Positions 11,641-23,994 of a stretch of DNA of 64,000 nt are shown one piece after another; within the stretch, counting starts at the first letter, position 1; the number at the start of each line of letters is the position of its first letter. The position numbers were made by a program, and so were the translations under genes. Source of the stretch: Chiloscyllium plagiosum (taxonomy: Eukaryota); contig NC_057719.1 of assembly GCF_004010195.1 (NCBI RefSeq), positions 46,014,021 through 46,078,020 of the forward strand, given 5' to 3'. The notes below the pieces were generated by a model. It saw only the letters and a program-made list of their open reading frames with translations. It was not told where the DNA came from and did not search any database.

Positions 11641-13585
11641 TTACCAGAAAGATGTACTTCTAATTGTGCAGTATTCCTTACCACTGCACTGGAGATACTG
11701 TCTAGAATTTTGTGGTCACGCCCTGGAGTGGGATTTAGATCTGGAGTCTTCTGATTCAGAAGTGACAACCGACTGAACTACAGCTGACACAGAAGGGAAC
11801 TGGGTTTAATCCTGATGTCTCTGTGCTTGCAGAGCTTACCCACCCTCCCTGTCTACACTCATCCATGAAGAATGTTCATTTGTGTAAAGTGGTGGAAAAT
11901 ACCTGAGACCACTAAGATCAACTCCAGCAATACAATGCCTTCAGGAAATAAGAGAAACAATTGGTGGAAAAATGACAACTTCCCCCTCTCAGCATATCAG
12001 CCCTTTTACTAGCCACATTCACATTACATCTAAAGACAAAATATAAAATAATTAAAAGATATCCCTTTTAGACATCATTCTCACAAATAAAACCGAATGG
12101 GATGCTTTCTGAAAATGCAGTTGATCAAATATACAACTCCTTATAGTAACTGACAGTAAATTATATTTAACTAGGATATCTTTCACATAACATCTCTACA
12201 TCTGAATTCAACTGGCCATGTTAATCGTGCCATTGCTCATTTGCACACTTTTAATTCTATTAAACAATTGTACACAAAATCTTCAAAACAGCATTGTTGC
12301 TTGTATTGTATTTTTTGTACAATGAGGTGCAGGAATAAAATAATGTTTGCAGGGACTGAATAGGTGCTGTGCTGTTCCTTTCATGCTTTGATTTGTCACA
12401 GTATTCATTCCTGTCACATCTCTGAGCTTTTATCTATGTCCACAAATATCAAATATGGCTTAAGGCAAAATGCTACTTTTGTAATTGCAGGCAGGTAGAC
12501 CATGACAGGCAGAGCTGTAGATAATGGGTTCAATTAGAAACCACATGTCAAGAAGGTAGTGCTGGGAGCATATAACAGGTTATACATTTGTGAATTGTGA
12601 GCATTCCTTTATTAATTTAAGATATAAATCAGGATTGAGTCAAACATCCAATATGTTAAAAGGAAATTATTAGTTTAAATGCTTCAGTTCAATGGGTTAC
12701 TCATCAGTACAACACTCTGCCAAGTTTTCTGCACCATATGCTAATTCCTCCTCTTTCTTACTGTGGCTATGGAAAAAAAGAACTCAATAGCACTCAGATT
12801 TCCCAGTAGGTGTGACACTTAAAAAGTATTTGGCTGCAAATGTTAATGGAACCAATGTGTAGTGAAACATTTCACCATAAAAACTAATTATCACAGGAGG
12901 CATCTGACTGAACAATATTGAAGAATCTGACAACATTTAAAACTGTTAAGTTGGAGTAAAAAGTTGACTTCTCTCAAATTACTATCTTCAAATTATTGAC
13001 TTGAAAGATGATTCCAAGGTTCCAGCCTTTCGGAAAGGTTGGGGTAACAACTTTCTGGGAACTGATTTTAAATCCAGGCCAGATTGTTAGGATGAAAAAT
13101 TAATCCCTTTGATGGATTTGTTGGATGCTGTACAAAATGAATTTGAGGCAGCCTCAATGTAATTCCTTAATAGCACAAAACTGTTGCTAATTTGGGAATG
13201 AGTTTGATACTATTATTTGCAAGCCAAATTGATATTTGGTGCGCAGGAAACTCAAAGTTGGATGTGCAGTATGGGGTATACTGCTAAAGGCAGAATTAGG
13301 TGAAGGTTATATTTTATATTTTACAGATGGCAACATGATTCTAATCTGAAAGCGCCTGATGCTGCCATTAAATGCTAAAGGTAACCCATTCATCCTTTCT
13401 TTGATGATCACAATTCCCTGCCCTTCAAAAGTCCAAACCATTTGTTACATTATCCATTTTATTTAAGATTCTAGGCTGGTCTTGAATCCAGGTTCATTCT
13501 TTCTAAAAACGATTACAATCTTCAGAGCAAAATATCTCTATAAATCTGGGCACAAAGGGAAAAGGCCAGACGAGAGCTTGTTTTT

Positions 13586-13922
13586 GAATCGTAGAATCCA
13601 TACAGTGTGGAAGCAGGCCATTCAGCCCATTGAGTCTAAGCCAGCCCTCTGCAGAGCATCCCAAGAACTCCCTACCCTATCCGTGTATTTCCCATGTCTA
13701 ATCCACCAAGTCTACACATCCCTGGGCACTATGGGCAATCTTGCATGGCCAATTCACTAACCTGCACATATTTGGACTGTGGGAGGAAACAGGAGTACCC
13801 GGAAGAAGCCAAGGCAGACACAGGGAGAACGTGCAAGCTCCACACAGATGGTCATCAAAGGGTGGAATCAAGCCCGGGAGCCTGATGCTGTGAGGCAGCA
13901 GTGCTAAGCACTGAGCCACCAT
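13586..13922 (-). mobile_element. HE1-type V-SINE
   Basis: Reverse complement of the 1157-1462 family. Confidence 0.85.
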
Positions 13923-14684
13923 CCAGTTTATGATTCAACATTGTTTATGAGCTGATTGTTTTCACACAGGATAGGAAGGAATTGATAGAGGAGAGGGAAA
14001 TAGTTTGCATTTGCATTTATAATTTGTATTTATATAGCCTCTTTTAAATGGTAAAACCTCTCAGAGAACTTCACAGGGGCATCATCAAACACATTTTGAC
14101 AACATGTCATTTAACAAAGATGTAGGGCAGTCGACAAAAGAATTGGATTAATAAATCAGCTTTAAGAAGCTCTTCAAGAGGGAATAGTGGCAGCTTGTCT
14201 TAAAGAAAGGATTCCAGAACTTAGAAGCCAGATATATGGGGCACAGAGAGGAGAGGAGGGTAGGAGTGCAGGAAATAAGATGAGCACAATCTGTGAACTC
14301 TTGCAGTGAAATCCTTTCAAGTTACAATACTTGTTGCAGTAGACCTTTGACTAACAATGATTTGGAAATAAGCAAAAGAAGTTATATTTTCGTCATTATG
14401 CTTTTATCACTATTCTCTTGGGAAGGAGGCAACGGTTCAAGAGAACACAGCACTTTTATCAGCTGGCCAAATTACAGAGTCTCATTGATGACACACACAG
14501 ATTTGTTAAGGCCCTGGACAATCATCAAATAGGCAAGGTTTTCATGATGATGCATACAGGTGATGTCACTGGATTAGGATATTGCAAGTTATAGATAATG
14601 CCCTGGCAAAAGCTTCCTCCTACTTGTATAAGTTTTACACCATCCATCTCAATAATTTGCATTGTGAGTTAATCATTTTGAGTG

Positions 14685-15589
14685 CTGAAAATGTGTTGCT
14701 GGAAAAGCGCAGCAGGTCAGGCAGCATCCAGGGAACAGGGGAATCGACGTTTCGGGCATAAGCCCTTCTTCAGGAATGAGGAAAGTTTGTCCAGCAGGCT
14801 AAGATAAAAGGTAGGGAGGAGGGACTTGGGACACCAGGACAGAACCCCACTGGTCCTCACCTACCACCCCACCAATCTCCATGTACAGCGCATCATCCGC
14901 CGTCATTTCCGCCACCTCCAAACGGACCCCACCACCAAGAATATATTTCCCTCCCCTCCCCTATCAGCTTTCCGTAAAGACCACTCCCTCTGTGACTCCC
15001 TCGTCAGATCCACACCCCCCACCAACCCAACCTCCACTCCCGGCACCTTCCCCTGCAAGTTTGTCCAGCAGGGTAAGATAAAAGGTAGGGAGGAGGGACT
15101 TGGGGGAGGGGCGTCGGAAATGTGATCGGTGGAAAGAGGTCAAGGTGAGGGTGATAGGCCAGACTGGGGTGGGGGCAGAGAGGTGGGGAAGAAGATTGCA
15201 GGTTAGGAAGGCGGTGCTGAGTTCGATGGATTTGACTGAGACAAGGTATTTCCCCTCCCCCCACCTTGTCTCAGTCAAATCCATCGAATTCAGCACCGCC
15301 TTCCTAACCTGCAATCTTCTTCCCGACCTCTCCGCCCCCACTCCCGTCTGACCTATCACCCTCACCTTGACCTCTTTCCACCTATCACATTTCCGACGCC
15401 CCTCCCCCAAGTCCCTCCTCCCTACCTTTTATCTTAGCCTGCTGGACAAACTTTCCTCATTCCTGAAGAAGGGCTTATGCCCGAAACGTGGATTCTCCTG
15501 TTCCTTGGATGCTGCCTGACCTGCTGCGCTTTTCCAGCAACACATTTTCAGCTCTGATCTCCAGCATCTGCAGACCTCACTTTCTCCTC
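14685..15589 (+). mobile_element. Penelope-like (Neptune-type) multiply rearranged insertion
   Basis: pLTR arms at both ends; internal ORF piece HQDRTPLVLTYHPTNL...PGTFPC; 14-bp TSD aatcattttgagtg at 14671-14684 and 15590-15603. Confidence 0.9.
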
Positions 15590-16689
15590 AATCATTTTGA
15601 GTGAGCTAATAGAGATTGGCAGGTCTGCCACCAGAGTGGTTTTATGTGGATGGCTTAATTCTTCTAAATCAGTCAAAACCAGTTCATTCAGCTTTAGAAC
15701 TCAACATATTAGTTGTGTTTCTGTAGATCTCAGTAACCAATCAACTTTCTAATCGACAAGAAAAAAAATGACTTGTGAGCTTTCAATAGTTTGGGGAATC
15801 AGAGGAATTTGTCAACAGAACATGCAAACATTTTGGGAGGTGAATAAATCTACCCTTGGCAATTGTTGAGCTTTATGGACATGGTTACATGATGTGATGT
15901 TTAAGGATTAGGCCAAAATTTCCCTAGCTGAGTTGCCCATGTGGCTTCATACCATGAGTTCAGTGTCTGACAAAGAATCAGGGCTTTCAGCCAAATTAGT
16001 TCATACCAGTGTATACCCTCTATGTGAGCAATTAAACCTAATCACATGTACCTACTCTGTTCCCACTTGATTCCCTTTCTTTCATCCATATGTACAATCC
16101 AAAATACAATGTTGATAGTTTCTGTCATTATTAAAACTGGATGTAAATTCCATAGATTTACAAATCTCTGGATGAACTCTGTCCTCAATTCTAAATCACT
16201 TTAACTATCTAAATATTGTATCTACACTCCTTTCATTTGAGACACCAACAACTTTAAAAAATCTGTTCCTATTGACCCTGCTCCATCCTTATATTGATGA
16301 TCATTTAAATACAATTATATCATTCTGAAAGCTGCATTGTCCTCCTTAGAAGTTGATTTGTGTGAGCAGCCTTCAGTCAACCTTTGAATCCCCAGGCTTT
16401 CTTTCTTAGACCAACAAGCATCTTTCATTCATTCCTGTGAGAGATTGCATTTTTGCAATTAGCTGTCCCCTTGCCACACTTGTTCTCCGTTCACTTTTGG
16501 AGGGGAGCATTTCCCTCAGTCCCTGAACCTCACAGGAGATCCAGATTTCAGCGACATTAACTGCCCTCACACTTGCTCTGTGGTGAGAATGGGGTGGGCA
16601 AAGTAGGTTGGGAGGTACCATGACTACTTAATACATTTAGTTTGGACCTCCATATCAGTTTCAGCTTTTTAACTTCTAGAACATAGGTA

Positions 16690-16870
16690 CAGAGTTGCCA
16701 AAGTGGTAGAGGCAGATGCAATTATAACATTTAAAAGACATTTGAACAAGTACATTGATAGGAAAGGTTTAGGCAGATATGGACCAAACGCTGACAAATG
16801 GGACTAGTTCAGTTTAGGAAACCTGATGGCATGATTAGTTGGATATTTTCATGCTGTCTAATACTATGAC
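16690..16870 (+). mobile_element. CR1 3' end fragment
   Basis: gtggtagaggcag...aacatttaaaagacatttg...gggactag matches the other CR1 3' ends. Confidence 0.7.
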
Positions 16871-17089
16871 CCAGCACTATTGAGAAGATTGTCAAAACAA
16901 AAATAGGGGGTATCAGCCAGCTCTTCACCATCCAAGGGGGTGGACCTTGTCATTATTGGACTAGTATTTTTATTCCAGATTTTTATTGAATTCAACCTTC
17001 ACCATCTGCCACAGTGGGATTCAAATCCATGTCCCCAGCACATGCAGCCTGAGGTTTTGGATTACAAGTCACAAATTCTGGCTCTTAGC

Positions 17090-19285
17090 TTCTGAAATTT
17101 GCCCCCAATATAAGACTTCAAGCAAAATGATCAATGGCTTTTAAAAGCTGCTATCATGACTCCAGCTGCACCCCTCAAATTTCACTGAACTATTGCTCTC
17201 TCAAGTTTTATTACCAAATGAACTTCACTACTTTTCTCCCACAGACTCTTCACCCAATGATTTCAATCTTCATCTCATCTTGCTCTTCATCTTCTGAATT
17301 CACTGACCTGTTATCCAGCCTAAGTCCCTCCATCCTGTGTTCACCTTTCAGATCAATGCTTGGCTTCCTTCAAATTCCCATGGCCACCCCCCCGACCTTG
17401 CCATCTCACAAGGCCTTACTAATTCTGTTAAATAAATTACAGAAAGAGCTAACTCTGATTACTTCATTATCACTGTCCTCTATCCACATCCATCTCAACG
17501 TGAAAGGATATGCTGGAGAGTTGGTTTCGGCAACCTGCACTAAACTACAAAAAAACCCCATCAGATCCTACTTCCTTCTGCTAAGCTGCTCATTACTTCA
17601 GCATCAACCTGGTATGTAAAGATAACTCTTGGCTTCTTTGCTCTATTTCAAACATTCTTCTTAAATCCCTTTTCCCTGTCCCTTCCATCACTAAGATTGA
17701 GATAATTTGATTTCTGTTGGGACACTTCAACAGACCCTCACCTTTTCATTTCTGTGATTTTCAGAAGCCCACTGGGTCAAGCTTCCTGTGAAGTTCTCTT
17801 CTGTATTAGTCCTGAACTCATACTTCCATAAATTCTCTCTTTTTCATTCCTGCTGGCTCACACTACCTCCCAATACCTTCACTGTCTTCCAGCTGGGATG
17901 ACAAATCTCACTTGGTTCCATTCTAATCATAGACAAAGTAAGATTGGTTTTTCATCCCATTCCATTCCTACACTTTTTAGCCTCTGTATTCTCCTCAGAT
18001 CTATGCTTGGTCTGCTCCTAATTCTCATCTTCATGTTGTTCCTTGGAGACATCATCCGAAAATACGGCATGAGATTTTACACGTGGTTTTCACTTATGCT
18101 GTAGTGTACTAATAATGTCACTGGCCTACTAATCCAAAACCTCAGGCTGCATGTGCTGGGGACATGGATTTGAATCCCACTGTGGCAGATGGTGAAGGTT
18201 GAATTCAATAAAAATCTGGAATAAAAATACTAGTCCAATAATAAGCATGTAATTTTTTTAAAAATCACCAGGTTCACTAACCTCCTTTAGGGCAGGAAAT
18301 CTGACATCCTTATATGTTTGGCCTACATGTGAGTTCAAACCCACATCAATATGGTAGACTTTTAAGGGCTCACTTGACAATTCTGCCCAGCCAATAATGC
18401 CCACATCATTTGAGTGAATTTTAAAAACTGTATGCTGATGATACAGACCTCGATCTCATCATTACCTTTTTTGACTCTTCTGTTCATGCTAAATTATCAG
18501 ACAGATTTGCCAACAGCTGGTACTGGATCACCAGAGATTTTCAGCATTTCAAAAATAGAAAGTTCGAAACCATTGTCCATTCTCCAGTCCAAATTCTGTT
18601 CCCGAGTGGCCGACTCCATTCCACTCCCTGTCAACATTTTGAGACTAAACCATTTTGTTTGTAATCTTGGTACTTTACTTGATCCCAAGATGACATGCCC
18701 ACCACATACTCCATAAGACCCCCTATTTCAAATTCTGTAATATTAACTGACTTCACCCCTGCCTCAGCTCATTTCCTCTTGAATCGCTCATCCATTTTTC
18801 TATTAGCTCTCAACCTAATTATTCCAATGCATTACTGACTGATTGCCCACATTCTGTTCTTCATAAACTTGGGGTCATCCAAAGATCTGCTGTGTGCTTT
18901 AACTCGTACCAAGTCCTGTTCCCATATCGCTCCCTGTGCTCATTAGCCAAGATTATACTGTGAAGGATAGTCTTAATTTGAAAATTCTCAACCTTTAAAT
19001 TTCAAATCCCTCTATAACCTCACTTATTCCTATCTTTGCAATTTTCTCCAGACCTTCTGAGATATCCAAGCTCATCTAATTCTGGCCACTTAAGCATCCT
19101 GGTTGTTATGGTTAACCTCTAGAGGCTGTGCTAGGTTCTAAACTTTAGAATTCCCTTAACTATACCTTCCCCTTTTCTATGTCACCTTCTTTCTTTCAGG
19201 CAAAATCTACCTTTGATTACAGCTGTAAAGTGTCTTGGACATTTTACTTGGTTAAAGAGATAAATATAGATGTTGTTGTAGTTCT
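17090..19285 (+). mobile_element. Old L2-clade LINE, interrupted by a SINE
   Basis: LGDIIRKYGMRFY before the SINE resumes as YADDT (~18432) after it; NLGTLLDP peptide; L2-like 3' tail at ~19225-19285. Confidence 0.7.
18100..18420 (+). mobile_element. tRNA-derived SINE (same family as 3383-3727)
   Basis: Shared gaatcc..ggcagatggtg..gaattcaa and tggcctacatgtga segments. Confidence 0.75.
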
Positions 19286-21661
19286 GGGAAATAAACAGGA
19301 AGCATATTTCAAGCATTTAAATTAGATTACTTGTTGCGTGTGCTTATGTGCAGGCAAGCAATGCAATTGTAACTGACTTCCCCTCACAATTACAGAATAA
19401 CTTTATGTCCATTGGTAACACAAATGCTGCTTGAAGTAAGTCTCTGTGCTGACCTACTACAAAATGATTGGCTTTTAACTGCTTGTTTATCCTGTATAAT
19501 ATATAGCCATTCTATATATTTGAATATAGTAGTGATTCACTGTGGAATATTTTAGGCATCAGAGTATTGGAAAGACTCATGCACCATTTCCAAGTTGATG
19601 TTATTATTCCCATAGCAAGTATAAAATTGAGTGATTAAAGTGTATAGAATTGCGGTTGGGCTTTCTACTGCTTGATTACATATTAGGTATATTTTTAATG
19701 AGTCATCCTCATGTGCCAGTTAAATTATCTGACATTATCTGCGACTAATAAGGATGTGCTGACAGTTTTGGCATTGCAACCCTCCCCATTGCCTACTGGG
19801 TCTAGCATGTTGTACATAGCCATACAAGGCAGAAATTGCCAGGTTCTTTCTGTTGGCAAGTGAGGCTGCACCACATCATGTGTGAGCACTGTGGGCAGCA
19901 AAGTTCCTTAACAGCTGTTTGTATTCTGGCTGCAGTAGACATGCAGCTGAACTCATTTTTTTAATGATCAGCCTTTCGTTTTATCCTTTGTGTTGAAAGA
20001 ACAGTAAGTAGGCAAATAAATCAAGCACAAAGAGTCATAGTCGGCTGTCTGGGATGAATGATAAAGGTTATGTGAGGGGTTCAGATAGCAGCATGCATCA
20101 ATGGAACCATATCCAAGTATGAGTCAACATCTCAGGAGACAACAGAATAATGGGGAAACAATTACATTTTAAAGCCTATGATAACAATGAATTCTGCAAT
20201 GAAGCAATCAGCATTTGAAAAGTAAAAAAGTGAAAGAGTGGAGACCCTTTATCAGAACAGAAACAGGAAGGCAAGAATGCACTTGATAAGACTGAATAGT
20301 AGGAGAGCGAAATAACAATAGGTGAAGAATGTGGAGCAGATAAACTGACAACTGTTATGAAGAGGATTAAGTTTCATTTTACCTGATTATTTTAAACCTG
20401 AAAGATTACCTCAATCTTTGTATGGAAATAGATTAGATAAAAAGTGAATGAAACAGTTTGAAAATAGAAGCAAGGTGGCTGTGCAGAAGAGAGGGTATTA
20501 GGATAATAGGCTGACATAGCTAAGGTCTGAAGAAGTTCAAACCACCTTTATGACTGGCTGTTTTCCTGTGATCCTTGTGTTTTGACCATTCCTATAAAAT
20601 TTATCATTTAAATCTTACAAAGGGTATCCATCTAGAAAATTGACTGATCTTCTTGTTTCAGATGTGTGTGCATTCACAGGAGATTTCATTTATTACAAAT
20701 TTCCAACATTCTCCAAATTTATTTCATTATCACTGTTTTAAACCTATTATTGTTTTGTCAGAGGAAGTAAGTTCATGATAGCTCAGAGTAAAAACTATTA
20801 TTTTACCCGATTGTAACTCATATAAAATATTAAATTCCATTGAAGAGCTCATATTGTTACAGCAAAATTTGGAACGGTGGTTTGAAATAAAGTTGCCTTT
20901 GAAACTTCTCAGTGCTTAAGGTGCTGTCAGTGTCAAATCATTTATTCCACTATTTACTATATTCGCCTAGGGTGCCCAGAAAGATAAACCTGTTAGAGAT
21001 TAGAACATTTATAAATGAAAATAGTTATGGAAGGCAAACATGGTGCTGATTGTATCATTACATATGTAAAATTGTAAAGTACAGAAGAACTACTGCTGTA
21101 TGAGTAGTTCTTCTGTTCTAAAAAAACAAGACTGGTGTGAGCCCATGGGTGAATCTTATTGTTATTTTTCCCTCTTCGATCAGCAGGAAATTTTCTATCG
21201 CCTTTCTATTTTGTATGTTTTCTACTTCAATTGACAACTCTCAGAGCCTCACTAGCTCTGTTGCTCTGCCTCCTCTCCTTTTCCTCTCTTTCTCAGGAAG
21301 ATCAAGTCCTCCCGTGCCACATAAGTGATGTCCTCTCTCCTTGGGAAACAAGGCAACCATTGTACTGTGCATGGAAAGTCAACTCAGACCCAAATTCTAT
21401 GACCTAGATTTTCTAGATTTTTCAAGAAGATTAGTCCCTGCTTGAAACAGGGACAGAGTGAGCAAGGAACAAAGACAGTGAGAAGGACTGGACCTCTATT
21501 AACTTTGGATACAAAGGAAAAGTTAAATATTCAAGGTATCCAGAGTAATTACAGACTTTTTTCCGATAGTGCCAGCTGTAGTTTGCTTGGTACCACTCAC
21601 AGAATCACACAACGGTTACGGCACAGAATGAGACCATTTGACCCACTGTGCCTGCAGCAGT

Positions 21662-21992
21662 TAGAATAAGAGAATCCCTACTGTACAGAAGCAGGGCATT
21701 CGGCACATTGAGTCCGCACCAACCCTGTGAAGAGCATTCCACCCAGAACCACCCCCTATCCTATCCTTGTAACGCTGCATTTCCCATGGCTAATCTACCT
21801 GCCATGCACACTATGGGCAATTTAGCATGGCCAATCCACCTAAGCTGCACATGTTTGGACTGTGGGAAGACACCAGAGCACACCCACACAGCCACAGGGA
21901 GAATGTGCAAACTCTACACAGGCCTGAGGGTGGAATTGAACCCCAGCTTCCTGGTGCTGGGAGGCAGCAGTGCTAACCACTGACCCACCATA
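21662..21992 (-). mobile_element. HE1-type V-SINE within a degenerate CR1 3' end (-) (~21598-22350)
   Basis: gggcaatttagcatggccaat and gaggcagcagtgctaaccact motifs. Confidence 0.8.
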
Positions 21993-22349
21993 CCTCTCCT
22001 ATTCTGTTACCTAGTGTCATTGTCCTGCCTTTCCCCCATATCTCTGCACACAATTTCTATCCAAATAATCATCCAATGCCCTATTGAATACTTCAACCAC
22101 ACTTCCAGGCCAGTGCATTTCATTCCCTAACCACTTGCTGTGTAAAAGTTTTTTTTTTCATATCATTCTTATTCTTTTGCACATCACTTTACATCAATGG
22201 TCTCTTGTTCTTTTTTTAACAAGCAAGAATAGGTGCTCCCTATCTCCAGCCACTTATGATTTTGAGAACTTCTATCAAATCTCCCCCCAGCGTTATTTCT
22301 CCAGGGGGACCAATCCCAATTTCTTCAATCTATCCTCACAACTGAAGTT

Positions 22350-22855
22350 TCACTTTTTCCGTCTGAGTCAAAAAGATTTCAGGTTCTCTCTCTAATCGTG
22401 GATTTGAGCACAGAATTCTAGGCTGACCCTTCCATGTAGTACCAAGGGTGCTGTACGTGATACTGGACAGGCTGCCTATCAGATGGAAGCAATAAACCAA
22501 GGCTCTGTCTGATCCCTCAAGTGAATATAAAAGATCCCATGATACTGTTTCAAAGAAAAGCAGGAAAATTATCCCCAGTATCCAATAAATATTTATCCCC
22601 GAAACAACATCACAAAAACAGATATCTGGTTATTATCAAAAGCTGTTCATAGGAGTTTGTTGTGTTTCCTACATTATGGGGAAAATGGAGTAATCAGATC
22701 AGCCATGATCTTATTGAATGGTGGAGTATACTCGGTGGGCTGAATGATCTATGTCGGAATGTCTTAGTACAACTGTGATCGCACTTCTAAGGTATATAAT
22801 TCATCGTGAAGCACTTTAGGGTTCAAAACATATTATACAAATGGAAGTCTTTGTT
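22350..22855 (+). mobile_element. DeuSINE (SacSINE1/AmnSINE1-like)
   Basis: Deu-domain-like text taaaagatcccatgatactgtttcaaagaaaagcagg...aatatttatccc...aacatcacaaaaacaga; related copies at 39095-39540(-), 55625-55960(+) and 2335-2505(-). Confidence 0.7.
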
Positions 22856-23994
22856 ATGAAATTGCAGTTGCCTCCAGGTCTACATGTGTTTTATCAAGTT
22901 CTAATAAGCATTAGGATGCACAGAAGGCAGATAGTGCACCTCATAACATAGGTTTCATTATGAATCATTCATAATGTAATGAATGATCGATTGCCAGTCA
23001 TTGTTGCGAAGGTTGTATTCAATAGTTCTATGGTGTATATACATACCTAGGAGTCTCCTCAGTATATCTTTCTGGCTCATTAACTCATTTACACAACTTT
23101 GCCTTGCTGACTGTGAGAAATCGCTAGTCTTGTTAAGGACATATATTGAAGGATATCATCCCCTATTTTTGTCTACATTTTTGTCTACTTCAAACAGATT
23201 TATGGTTTGTTGATATTTTAAAGTGATAGTTACAAAATCTTGCATTGAAAGCCTCAGTTTTCATAAGTTTAAGATTGTAACAACAGAGCAATTTCAATTA
23301 TGTCAGCTAATCAACAAAGAAAATCTCTTTGAAGATGAATCGGAGGTAGCATTTTGAACTGAAAAAATGACCACTATTGATATTGAACAGACTCAAGACA
23401 GGCAATGAATGAAACCCTGAGGATATGAATGAACTAACAAGGTGGGGTTGTGTGTTCTTTGAGCACAAGGAAGTAGTTTTAATTCACAATGTGTTCAGTT
23501 TCACTAATACCACTGACTATGGTAAAAGTTTATACTTCAGAACAATAGTAATGCTGAGTCAAAATCTAGTTTAATAGCAAATGCAAACATTGAAGCATTT
23601 CCTTGACAAATGATTGCTGCCAATTTGTTTCTTAAAATCTTTTCTTAAAAGTTTTATGTAAGGGTTGTTTTTCAAAGCAACTAATTTTTGTGCAAGAGTT
23701 GAGAGCAAGCAAGCTATTTAACTGTGATGTGTATCACAATCTCATGTGATGTGTAAACACAAGAACTTTTGCATAGGAAGCACTAGATAGCAATCAAAAG
23801 CAGCCCTATGCTGATCTTTTTGATGCATTATAACCGGATCAAATGCACCACCTGCACAGTTTTGGACAACTAGCCAATGTAATCTAAAATCTACATTGAA
23901 GACAACCTTTTACTAACTCCAAAGATGTTGCCTTTGCTCATCAATCCAGTACTTCATTTATACACTGAATACTCTTTGAATGAATAACAAAGAC

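Noticed and set aside
21270..21407. Strong polypyrimidine tract + AG followed by EDQVLPCHIS...
   Set aside because: No matching donor site, early stop, and no recognisable protein.
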